From Candidatus Eiseniibacteriota bacterium (GTDB taxonomy: Bacteria; Eisenbacteria; RBG-16-71-46), in contig CAVUWA010000011.1 in the NCBI GenBank assembly GCA_963744995.1, forward strand, positions 96,001-160,000: a stretch of DNA of 64,000 nt, in the 5' to 3' direction. Below are positions 48,667 to 57,739 of the stretch, piece after piece (the first letter of the stretch is position 1; every line of letters begins with the position of its first letter). A program made the translations under genes and the position numbers. A model generated the notes under the pieces. It was not told the DNA's origin and did not search any database. It saw only the letters and a list, made by a program, of their open reading frames with translations.

Positions 48667-50571
48667 CTAAACGAAGTCGCGCAGCTTGAATTTCACGTTC
48701 ATCGCCCTGCCGTCGCGCTCCACCTTGAATACGACTTCCGTGCCGGGCTTGCCTTCCTCGAACAGCGTCTCGACGTCCGCGTGCTTCCAGTCCGCAGCAG
48801 CCCTGCCGTCGATCGCGCGGATCACGTCGCCGACCTCGAGCCCCGCCTTCTGCGCCGGCGAGCCGTCGATCACCTGCGCGATGGAGATCACGCCGTCCTT
48901 CTTCACCAGCTGCAGGCCGCTCCGGGTGAAGTGGTCGGGCCGCGCGTAGCGGGCGCCCGGCTCCAGGTACAGAACGCGGTGCTCATAGTCGAACGTGCAC
49001 TTGAAGCGGTCGAGGATCCGGTTGCCGATATTGCCGGCGTAGTCCGAGCTCGCGAGCGCACCGGTCGTCGCACCGGACAACGAGACCATGGGGTTCTTCC
49101 ACGAGTATGGTCCGATCGCGATCGACTTCATGCGGGTCATGCGTGAAGTGAACATGCCGCCGAATCCGCCGCTGAGGACCTCGACGCCGTCCTTGACCTT
49201 CTTGTCGATGCCGTTGGCCTCGACGAACGGGCGGTGCAGGTCCACGGTCGCGCTGCTGCCGACGTCGATGCGGAACTTGCCCTTGTACCTGCCGTCGAGG
49301 GTCATCTCGATGGCGGGCACCGTGCCGGCCAGCTCCATCGGAATCGCCTCGCCCTGGCCCTGGTATTCGAAGGCCTTCGGATCGCGCAACACGATCGTTC
49401 CGGTGTCGTAGTCGATCTCGTTCACGAACTGCGAGATGAAGTTGAAGCCGACGATGCCCGCTGCGGGCTTCCAGAAGAACGGTTCGAGCATCGGGTTCAC
49501 CGACAGCACCGCGACCGGGACGTTCTTCATTTCGATCCCGTCGCCGTCGTCGCCGGCGACCTTCAGGTCGTCGAGGGTCGCGAGCGACACGCTGCCCGTC
49601 GCGCCTGCGCCCTGGCCCTGCATGTGACCCTGCGCCTCGAGCCCGATCTGCGCGGCGTAGGTGCTGTCGATCACCGTGATGCTCGCGCCCGTGTCGTAGA
49701 TGAAATCAGCGGGCGGATTGCCGTTCACGCTCGCCCGCACCCACAGGTGCTTCGCCGCATAGTCGAACGCGAGCCGTGCGGTCCCGTCCTGCTTCAGGTA
49801 ACGCACTCCGTGGTCGCCTTCGCCGGGCAGGCCGAAGGGCGCGGCCGACATGTCGGTGTTCACTTCGAGCGTGTCGAACGCCACGGTGACGTCGTTGGCC
49901 GGCATTCCCTCGATCGACGTCTTCGTCATCGTCGCGAGGCGCAGCCCGGCGAAGGCCCTGTACCTGGAAAGCGTGCTGATCACCGTGTTCTGGTCCGACT
50001 TCGCGACCACCTTGTCGATCAGCCCCGTGTCGCGGTTCACCCATATGCGGCGCGTTTCGCCGCCCGGCGCCTCGATCAGCAGAACGTCATAGGGTCCTTG
50101 TGGCTCCTCCTGTTTCGCGAGGCTCACCTTGCCGCCCCCCTGATCCGGTTCCAGCCAGCGGTCGGCGTCGAACCAGGCGCTGGCGATCGAGCGGTCGCGA
50201 TCGATGCCGTCGAGCACGATGACCTTGCCGCCCGGATCGGTGCGCCACGCGGTGGAGCCGTCATAGCCCTCCTGGATCTTGAGCGGGCCTATGTCCATCC
50301 GGCTCGCGCGCTTGTCGGGCCGCGCGGTCCACGTGTCGATCGAGCCCGTGAAGCCGAACGCCGACACCTTGCCCGTGCCGTGCACGGAGTGCACCGCTTC
50401 GAAAGCGGCGCGGCCGCCGATCGCCTCGAGGTAGTGCTCGACGACCTTCCGCGCTTCGGGCGTGATGTCGGCCGCGGCGGCCGGGACGCGCAACGCCAGC
50501 GCCGCGCACAGCACGAGCGCACACGCGGCGAACGAGTGCCGCACGCGTGCGGCGGATGACCAGAAGACCAT
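48667..50571 (-). CDS. Exported aspartyl protease family protein with C-terminal PDZ (paralog of 37893-39785)
   Basis: Signal peptide, FIYDTGAS, GIVG, second FRIDVGS, GNIG, PDZ (SPAQKAGL). Confidence 0.85.
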   Translation of the reverse strand: MVFWSSAARVRHSFAACALVLCAALALRVPAAAADITPEARKVVEHYLEAIGGRAAFEAVHSVHGTGKVSAFGFTGSIDTWTARPDKRASRMDIGPLKIQEGYDGSTAWRTDPGGKVIVLDGIDRDRSIASAWFDADRWLEPDQGGGKVSLAKQEEPQGPYDVLLIEAPGGETRRIWVNRDTGLIDKVVAKSDQNTVISTLSRYRAFAGLRLATMTKTSIEGMPANDVTVAFDTLEVNTDMSAAPFGLPGEGDHGVRYLKQDGTARLAFDYAAKHLWVRASVNGNPPADFIYDTGASITVIDSTYAAQIGLEAQGHMQGQGAGATGSVSLATLDDLKVAGDDGDGIEMKNVPVAVLSVNPMLEPFFWKPAAGIVGFNFISQFVNEIDYDTGTIVLRDPKAFEYQGQGEAIPMELAGTVPAIEMTLDGRYKGKFRIDVGSSATVDLHRPFVEANGIDKKVKDGVEVLSGGFGGMFTSRMTRMKSIAIGPYSWKNPMVSLSGATTGALASSDYAGNIGNRILDRFKCTFDYEHRVLYLEPGARYARPDHFTRSGLQLVKKDGVISIAQVIDGSPAQKAGLEVGDVIRAIDGRAAADWKHADVETLFEEGKPGTEVVFKVERDGRAMNVKFKLRDFV

Positions 50572-50704
50572 GAGAGTTCTCCCGTTGGGGTGAAGCCGGC
50601 AGGCAAGCGCGGGCAGAATAGCGCACCGCCCTTGCGCACGCATGGCCGGACGGCTAGTTTCGCTCGTTCACTCCCCCGCTCCGCGTTCAAGGAGGACTTC
50701 GAAG

Positions 50705-51193
50705 ATGCTCAGACGTCTACTGCTGCTGGGATCCATCCTGACCCTGCTGGCGCCCGGGGCAGCGCACGCGGCCACCGTGGCCACCGGTATCGGTCCGCGC
50801 GTCGGGCTCAGCCTCGACCCGGACCAGCTCGTGGTCGGCGGCCAGATGATGTTCGGGGAGATCGCGCCCGACGTGACGTTCAATCCGAGCCTCGAGTTCG
50901 GGTTCGGCGACCATCAGACCGTGATCGCGATAAACCTGGACGGCCAGTACCACTTCCGCATCGAGGGCTCGCCCTGGCGCCCGTACGCCGGGTTCGGCCT
51001 CGGCATCAACTTCATCGAGGTGGATGCCCCCGCCGGGTTCGAGAACGTCTCCGACACCAACGTGGGCGCGAACCTGGTGGTCGGCGCCGGCGTCCCGACG
51101 CGCTCGAACAACCGCTTCTTCACCGAGGCTCGCTTCGGCCTGGGCGACATCCCAAGCCTCAAGCTGATTGCCGGCTGGGTGTTCCCGCTGTAG
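50705..51193 (+). CDS. Small outer-membrane beta-barrel protein
   Basis: AAGGAGG RBS, signal peptide ending AHA, RPYAGFGLG strand. Confidence 0.8.
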   Translation: MLRRLLLLGSILTLLAPGAAHAATVATGIGPRVGLSLDPDQLVVGGQMMFGEIAPDVTFNPSLEFGFGDHQTVIAINLDGQYHFRIEGSPWRPYAGFGLGINFIEVDAPAGFENVSDTNVGANLVVGAGVPTRSNNRFFTEARFGLGDIPSLKLIAGWVFPL

Positions 51194-51217
51194 CGGGCCC
51201 CGCACCCCCGCGCCATC

Positions 51218-51251
51218 GAAAAGGCGCCCCGCGATGGCCGGGCGCCTTTTC
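51218..51251. terminator. Bidirectional intrinsic terminator
   Basis: GAAAAGGCGCCC...GGGCGCCTTTTC between convergent genes. Confidence 0.75.
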
Positions 51252-51276
51252 GGCTTCGTGGCGGCGGCCAGGGCCG

Positions 51277-53268
51277 TCAGCGCAGGCGCTGCGCCCGCTG
51301 ACCCGCCGCGCGCGCGGTCTGCATCCGCTGGATGAACACCTGCGGCGGCAGGAAGCCCTCGACCCGGGCCGCGCGGACCTCGCGGCCGTCCGGCGCGAGG
51401 AACACGATGGTGGGCACGCCGGTGATGTCGTACTGGCGCCGCAGCTGTTCGGACTCCGGCGAGTCGTAGCGGGTGAGGTCGACCTTGAAGCGCACGAAGT
51501 CCTGCGCCGCGTCGATCACCGCACGGTCGGTGAAGGTGAACTGCTCGAGCTCGTGGCAGGGCACGCACCAGTCCGCCGAGAAGTCCATGAGCACGTGACG
51601 GCCGTCCTGGAGCGCCGACTGCAGGTTCTGGTCGTCGTATTCATGGAACGCGAGCGTATTCGAAGTCAGCGCCGCCACGACGATGAATGCCCCGCCGATC
51701 ATCGCGGCGAGGCCGCCGAGCTGCTTCACCCAGCCGAACACCGCCGTGCGCCCCTTGCTCTTCTCGATGAAGCCCAGGTACAGGCCGCCCACGAGCAGCG
51801 CGGTCGGCGCGACCCAGAACGAGAGCCGCGGCGCGAACGCCAGCATCGCGTAGAACACCCCGATCGAGAGCAGGACCACGCCGAACACCTTCTTCACCCA
51901 GATCATCCACTCGCCGGATTTCGGCAGGCTGGTGAGCAGGTTCGAGAACGTGCCGAGCAGCAGGTACGGCGCGCCGAGGCCGAGCGACAGCGTGAAGAAC
52001 GAGGTGAAGCCGAACACCGGGTCGCCCTTCGCGCCGACGATCGCCAGGAGCGCGACGATCGGCGGGCCGATGCACGGCGCCGCGAACACCCCGACCAGCA
52101 GTCCGGACAGGAACACCCCGGCGACTCCCGTCGCGGTCTGGCCGCCGAGCTTCATCATCAGCGCCGGCGGCAGCTGGATCTCGTAGAGACCGAACATCGA
52201 CAGCGATAGCGCGATCAGCAGGACGCCGATGCCGACCAGCACGAGCGGGCTCTGCAGCGCCGAGCCGAACAGCCCGCCCGAGAACGCCGCGGCGACCCCG
52301 AGCACGCTGTACATGAGTGCGATGCCCATCACGTAGACCACGGCCATGCCGAACGCCTGCAGCGGCGGCGTCTTGCCGCGGCCGCCGAAGATCGAGACGG
52401 TGACGCCGAGCATCGGATAGACGCACGGCGTGAGGTTGAGGGCGAGGCCGATCAGGAACAGCGTGATGAACGTGGCGAACGAGCCCTTTTCGAGCGCGCG
52501 CGCGATCGGATTCACCGGCGGCGCCGGATGGCCGCCGGCATGGGTTTCGCCCTTCTGCAGCGCCGCGCCGGGCGCCGGCGTGGCCGCGGAAGGCGCGCCC
52601 GTCTCGTCCCTCGCCCCGCCGGAGGGGCCTGCCGCCGCGCCGCCGGGAGGCGCACGCGCCGCATCGGGGCCGGCCGTCCCGGCGCCCCGGCCGCTTTCCG
52701 CCGCAGGAGGCGCCGCCGTGGCGGCGCCCGCCGTGCCTGCGCCGGGCACGTTCACGATCACCGCGACCGGCAGCGTGTGCGGCGGCAGGCAGACCTGGTC
52801 GTTGCAGGACTGGAAGCGCAGCGTGCCTTTCAGCTCGTGGCGGCCGTTCGTGGCGGCCGCGGCGACTTCCACCGGTACGGTGATCACCGCCGTGCCGTCG
52901 TACACGAACAGATCGCTCTCGTCGAAGCCGAGCCTGACCATGTGCGGCGCCGGGTAGACCGGATCGCCCGCGGTGACGCCCGCCGCGGGCTCGAGCGTGA
53001 GCACGGTCGGGATCATGTAATCGGGCGACGGCGGATTCGCGTTGATGTGCCAGGTCGGTGCGATCGTCAGGCTCACCTTCGCCGTCCCCTTCGCCCCCGC
53101 GGCGATCGTCACCGGCTCGGCCGCGATCTTCACCAGCTTCTCGGCCGGCGGCACGGCGCCGCCGAGCTGCGCCGCCGCGGGCGCGGCGCAGGTGAGCGCC
53201 GCGAGCAGCGCGAGCGCGGCGGCCCGGGCCATTCCGATCGGATTGCCGCGACGCGCGTGCCGGCTCAT
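51277..53268 (-). CDS. dsbD: Thiol:disulfide interchange protein
   Basis: [21 protein letters not shown] and WCVPC motifs. Confidence 0.92.
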   Translation of the reverse strand: MSRHARRGNPIGMARAAALALLAALTCAAPAAAQLGGAVPPAEKLVKIAAEPVTIAAGAKGTAKVSLTIAPTWHINANPPSPDYMIPTVLTLEPAAGVTAGDPVYPAPHMVRLGFDESDLFVYDGTAVITVPVEVAAAATNGRHELKGTLRFQSCNDQVCLPPHTLPVAVIVNVPGAGTAGAATAAPPAAESGRGAGTAGPDAARAPPGGAAAGPSGGARDETGAPSAATPAPGAALQKGETHAGGHPAPPVNPIARALEKGSFATFITLFLIGLALNLTPCVYPMLGVTVSIFGGRGKTPPLQAFGMAVVYVMGIALMYSVLGVAAAFSGGLFGSALQSPLVLVGIGVLLIALSLSMFGLYEIQLPPALMMKLGGQTATGVAGVFLSGLLVGVFAAPCIGPPIVALLAIVGAKGDPVFGFTSFFTLSLGLGAPYLLLGTFSNLLTSLPKSGEWMIWVKKVFGVVLLSIGVFYAMLAFAPRLSFWVAPTALLVGGLYLGFIEKSKGRTAVFGWVKQLGGLAAMIGGAFIVVAALTSNTLAFHEYDDQNLQSALQDGRHVLMDFSADWCVPCHELEQFTFTDRAVIDAAQDFVRFKVDLTRYDSPESEQLRRQYDITGVPTIVFLAPDGREVRAARVEGFLPPQVFIQRMQTARAAGQRAQRLR

Positions 53269-55487
53269 CGCTGCGCCTCCGCGGCGGCAGGCGCGTCGAG
53301 CTGCGCCGTGAAGGTGGATGCATCGGTGGTCGGCAGCTTGCAGGCGTAGTTCACGCATACGTAGGCCGTGGCCTTTCCGTCTTTCAGCACCAGTGGCTCC
53401 ACGAAACCGGCGAGTCGCGCGAGGTCCTTCTGGCGCGTGCCGCCGTCGACGAACAGCAGGAAGTCGTGAGGCAGGAAACGTCGGTTGAACGCGTCGATCA
53501 TGGCCCGGGTATCGGCGCGCCCGGCCGCTCCGGCGACGACGACGTGGCGCGGCGTCGCCCGCTCGAGGTCCATGGCGACCAGCATCTGTGGCATTGCAGC
53601 AGCTCCCGCAGCCAGGCGTGTTGCGAAGTAGTTGAAGGACTGTGTGGCCTTTGTCAACCAGTCCTCGCGGTCGAGCAGCCGTCCGAGGCGCGCCAGATTG
53701 CCGGTCGCAATCGAGTTGCCCGCGATCTCGGCCCCGTCGAAACCGTCCTTGATGCGAATTCGGATGCCCGGATCGCCCGCGGGACTCTCGAAGAATCCGC
53801 CGTGCCCGGCGTCCCAGAAGCGCCCGATCTGCGCCTCGGTGACGGCCACCGCGCGCTCGAGCCAGCGAGGCTCCAGCGTGGCTTCGTAGAGATCCGTGCA
53901 GCCGAGCGTGTAGTAGGCATAGTCGTCGAGCTGCCCCGCTTCCGCGGCCTCGCCGTCGCGCCAGCGCCGCTGCATGGCGCCGCGCTGCGCGTCGTAGAGG
54001 TGCGTCCAGACGAACTCGGCCGCGCGCACCGCGCGCCGGGTGAGCTCCGGATCGCCGAGCACGCGGCCGCCGCGCGCGAACGCCGAGATCATCAGGCCGT
54101 TCCAGGCGACGAGCACCTTGTCGTCCAGATGCGGGTGCACGCGCTGCGAACGGGCGGCGAGCAGCTTCGCGCGCGCGGCCTCGAGGCGTTGCGCGGCGTC
54201 GGCGGGATCGAGCCCGAACGCTCCGGCCGTCTCCTCCAGCGTGTGGGCCTCGTGCAGGATGCTGGTGCCGCGTTCGAAGTTGCCTTGCCCGGTCACTCCG
54301 TAGCGGTGATTGAAGAGCGCGGCCGGATCCTTCCCCAGCACCTGTTCGGTCTCGGCAGGCGTCCAGACGTAGAACCTGCCTTCTTCACCCTCGCTGTCGG
54401 CATCCTCCGCGGAATAGAACGCGCCGTCCTTCGAGGTCAGTTCACGCTCGACGTAGCCGAAGACGTCGCGCGCGGTGGCGGCGTACTTCGCCTCGCCGGT
54501 GATCTGAAACGCTTCGAGGTACGACCATGCGAGCTGCGCCTGATCGTAGAGCATCTTCTCGAAGTGCGGGACGAGCCAGTGGCGGTCGGTCGAATAGCGG
54601 TGGAAGCCGCCGCCCACCTGGTCGTGGATTCCGCCCCTCGCCATCGCATCGAGCTGCGCGAGCGCCATGTCACGCGCCGCGCGCCGGTTCGCGGGGTCGG
54701 CCGCCCAGTAGCGGAACAGGAAATTGAGGTTCACGGTGGATGGGAACCTGGGCGGGTTGCCGAAGCCGCCGAGCTCGGGGTCGTACGCCTGCGCGAGGGA
54801 GGCGTATGCCGAATCGAACAGTGAATCGGCCGGCGCCGGCGCGCCGGCGGGAACGTTGAGCGCCGCGATCGCGTCGAGCACGCGGCGCCCCTGATCGGCG
54901 AGCTTCTCGCCGTCCTCGGTCCAGACCTCGTGGATACGCGGCAGCACTTCCGCGAGTCCGGGCCGCCCCATCCGCGCCGAAGGCGGGAAATACGTGCCGC
55001 CGTAGAACGGCTCGAGATCCGGCGTCAGGAACACGTTGAGCGGCCAGCCTCCGCCCATGCCCATCGCCTGCATCGCCTGCATGTAGACGCGGTCCACGTC
55101 CGGCCGTTCCTCGCGGTCCACTTTGACCGGGACGAACCAGCGGTTGAGCAGCGCCGCGATCGAGTCGTTCTCGAACGACTCGCGTTCCATGACGTGGCAC
55201 CAGTGGCACGTCGAGTAGCCGATCGAGAGGAAGATCGGCCGCTTCTCGCGTCGGGCCTTCTCGAACGCCGCGTCGCCCCACGGGTACCAGTCCACCGGGT
55301 TGTACGCGTGCTGGAGCAGGTACGGGCTCTTCTCGTGAATCAGGTGGTTGGGCTTCTCGCCGGCGTGGCTGGCGTCGTTCATGGCAGTGAAGGAACCGCG
55401 CTCGCCCGCGCCGCCCGGCGTGCACTGCGCAAGGGCGAACGCCATGGCCGCGACGCTCAACCCGCGCGCGGCGTGGCGGAAGGTCAC
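53265..55487 (-). CDS. YyaL/SPATA20-like thioredoxin-domain protein
   Basis: [26 protein letters not shown] and PHFEKMLYD motifs; GTG after AGGAG. Confidence 0.92.
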   Translation of the reverse strand: MTFRHAARGLSVAAMAFALAQCTPGGAGERGSFTAMNDASHAGEKPNHLIHEKSPYLLQHAYNPVDWYPWGDAAFEKARREKRPIFLSIGYSTCHWCHVMERESFENDSIAALLNRWFVPVKVDREERPDVDRVYMQAMQAMGMGGGWPLNVFLTPDLEPFYGGTYFPPSARMGRPGLAEVLPRIHEVWTEDGEKLADQGRRVLDAIAALNVPAGAPAPADSLFDSAYASLAQAYDPELGGFGNPPRFPSTVNLNFLFRYWAADPANRRAARDMALAQLDAMARGGIHDQVGGGFHRYSTDRHWLVPHFEKMLYDQAQLAWSYLEAFQITGEAKYAATARDVFGYVERELTSKDGAFYSAEDADSEGEEGRFYVWTPAETEQVLGKDPAALFNHRYGVTGQGNFERGTSILHEAHTLEETAGAFGLDPADAAQRLEAARAKLLAARSQRVHPHLDDKVLVAWNGLMISAFARGGRVLGDPELTRRAVRAAEFVWTHLYDAQRGAMQRRWRDGEAAEAGQLDDYAYYTLGCTDLYEATLEPRWLERAVAVTEAQIGRFWDAGHGGFFESPAGDPGIRIRIKDGFDGAEIAGNSIATGNLARLGRLLDREDWLTKATQSFNYFATRLAAGAAAMPQMLVAMDLERATPRHVVVAGAAGRADTRAMIDAFNRRFLPHDFLLFVDGGTRQKDLARLAGFVEPLVLKDGKATAYVCVNYACKLPTTDASTFTAQLDAPAAAEAQR

Positions 55488-55663
55488 GACGGTTCCGCTC
55501 CTGATCGGGTCCGGGTGCACTCCGGTCGGCCGAGGGACGTCCCCGCCGGAGATCGAATGGGCGAGAGTAGCAGACCGATACGGAACGACGAATCGGGGCG
55601 GGCGGCGCGGAGCGGGCGGCGCGGAGCGGGCGGCGCGGAGCGCGCCCCGGTGCCGGGGTGGCC

Positions 55664-56200
55664 CTACCCCCGCCTTCCCGCGGCGTGCTCGAACCACTTC
55701 TCGCTCGCGCGGAACGAGGCACGCGCGAGCCACAGCGACGCCGGCACGAGGAGCGTCACGAGCACGATCTGCATGCCGAGGCCCGAAGCCCAGGCGGGCG
55801 CGGCCGGCGCGGGGGCGGTGTTCAGCTTTTCGAGCCACACCGCCGCCACGACTCCGGCGCGGGCGATGGCATCCCACTGCCAGAACATCAGTCCGCAGAG
55901 CGCCGCGGCGCCGACGGCGGCCGGGTCGGTGGCGGCGCGCACCCACCAGGGGAACGCGTCGCGCCAGGGTCGCACGACGGCGACCGGAGCCTGTTCGAGC
56001 GCGGCGATCCGCGCCATCACGGCGTCGGTGAGGGTCGCGGGCGCAGGGAATGCCGCGCGGGCGAGGCCGGCCTCGATGGCTTCGGCGGCGGCGAGGGCGG
56101 CGGCGCAGCGCGCACAGCCGGCGGCGTGGGCGCGCGCCTCGCGCGCCGCCGCTTCCGGCATCCCGTCGTCCAGCCAGCGTTCGAACGTCGCGCAGTTCAT
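55664..56200 (-). CDS. Zn-finger (HxxxCxxC) membrane anti-sigma factor
   Basis: MNC....LD...HAAGCARC plus TM segments; ATGA-coupled to the ECF gene. Confidence 0.8.
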   Translation of the reverse strand: MNCATFERWLDDGMPEAAAREARAHAAGCARCAAALAAAEAIEAGLARAAFPAPATLTDAVMARIAALEQAPVAVVRPWRDAFPWWVRAATDPAAVGAAALCGLMFWQWDAIARAGVVAAVWLEKLNTAPAPAAPAWASGLGMQIVLVTLLVPASLWLARASFRASEKWFEHAAGRRG

Positions 56201-56820
56201 GCGTCTTCTCCCGTCCGGCGCAGCCACGCGCCGCGCAGCGCGGCGCGCGCGCGCGCGAGGTGCGTCTTCACCGTGTTCGCCGGCATGCCCAGCGTCTCCG
56301 CGACTTCCTTCACCGAGCGCTCCTCATAATAGAACAGCGTCACGACCGCGCGCTGCGCGTCCGGCAGCGCCCTGACCAGCGCTTCCAGCAGGCGGGCCGG
56401 CTGGCCGGCGAGCGGATCCGGCGCCGCGCCGCCCGGCAGCGCCTCCGCCTCCTCCACCGCGGTCTCACGTCCGCGCCGGCGCCTGAGCGCCTGCAGCCGG
56501 TCGAAGGACCGCCGCGTCACGATCCGGTACAGCCAGGTCGAAAACTTCGCGTCGCCGCGGAACGCCGGCAGCGCTTTCCACGCCCGGACGAACGCCTCCT
56601 GGACCGCCTCTTCCGCCTCCTCGGCCTGCGCCAGGATCCGCAGCGCAACGCCGTATGCCACATGGCGATGGGCGTCCACCAGGTGCCTGAAGGCATCGGC
56701 GTCCCCTGCCCGGGCGCGCTCGATCCACGCGGCCTCCTGGGCGCCGTCCGTCCCGGTGTCGTGGGCCAGGGCTTCGTCCTCCACCCTCTCCGACCGGCCG
56801 CGGGGTTCATCCGGTTTCAA
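56197..56820 (-). CDS. ECF RNA polymerase sigma factor
   Basis: [17 protein letters not shown] and [10 protein letters not shown] motifs. Confidence 0.93.
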   Translation of the reverse strand: MKPDEPRGRSERVEDEALAHDTGTDGAQEAAWIERARAGDADAFRHLVDAHRHVAYGVALRILAQAEEAEEAVQEAFVRAWKALPAFRGDAKFSTWLYRIVTRRSFDRLQALRRRRGRETAVEEAEALPGGAAPDPLAGQPARLLEALVRALPDAQRAVVTLFYYEERSVKEVAETLGMPANTVKTHLARARAALRGAWLRRTGEDA

Positions 56821-56954
56821 CCTTTTTCACGCCCCCAGGCCGCAGGCGGATTCCTGAAACCGGCTGCGGCGCTCGCCGGTCCTAAGGGACGAAAGCAGGG
56901 CCACGGGCGCCCGGCAAGTCGCAAATTCCCACACGGAACCTCGAAGGAGCCGTC

Positions 56955-57395
56955 ATGTACATCGCGGATCTCGGTCCAGAAATCATCGCGCCGGTGCTCG
57001 TCTTCGCCATTCCGATCATCGCCATCGTCGGCGGGATCACCGCCGGCATCGTCCGCACGATCGGCCGCCAGCGTCTCGTCGAAATGGCGCAGCGGGAGCG
57101 CATCGCCGCGATCGAGCGGGGCATCGATCCCAGCAAGCTGCCGCCGCTGCCGTTCGCGGACGAAGACCGTGGAGCATTCGGCACGGGCGAGGACAGCGAC
57201 CGCCGCCGCGCGCAGGGCCTCATGATCGGCGGCATCGTCACGACGGCCGCGGGCCTCGGACTCGGCCTGTTCCTCTACATGTTCCGCGACACCACCGGCG
57301 AGCCGCAGCTGTGGGCGGTTGGTCTCATGCCGGGAATCATCGGTCTCGCGCTGCTGCTGAGCGCGTGGCTCGTGCGGCCGAAGAACGGCTCGTAG
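56955..57395 (+). CDS. DUF6249-like membrane protein
   Basis: TM segment, ERIAAIERG, then two TM segments; AAGGAG RBS. Confidence 0.75.
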   Translation: MYIADLGPEIIAPVLVFAIPIIAIVGGITAGIVRTIGRQRLVEMAQRERIAAIERGIDPSKLPPLPFADEDRGAFGTGEDSDRRRAQGLMIGGIVTTAAGLGLGLFLYMFRDTTGEPQLWAVGLMPGIIGLALLLSAWLVRPKNGS

Positions 57396-57414
57396 GCCGG
57401 AAAGGAACCCGACG

Positions 57415-57603
57415 ATGAACTTCTCCGACTGGCTCGCTCTGTTCCTGACCTTCGGCACGGTGACGATGGCGCTCTCGATCTTCGTCGCCTGGCGCGTGGC
57501 CGGCGAAGTGCGGCGCAATCGAGTGAGGCGCCTGCGGGTCGAAGCGCGGCTCGCCGCCTACCGGCACGCGGTGGCAGTGGAGGCGGAGCGGAACGCGTCC
57601 TGA
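57415..57603 (+). CDS. Small single-TM protein
   Basis: GAAAGGA RBS, hydrophobic N-terminus, basic tail. Confidence 0.65.
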   Translation: MNFSDWLALFLTFGTVTMALSIFVAWRVAGEVRRNRVRRLRVEARLAAYRHAVAVEAERNAS

Positions 57604-57739
57604 GGGCGCTGCGGCGGGGACTCGAAGATTCGCGGGAATGCCGCCCGGGGTGAGCACGGGAATCCCGGGCATCCTCCGGACGGAGCGCGCGGGTACGGCG
57701 AATCACCGGCGGTCGCGGCCGCACGGCGAAGTTCAGTGC

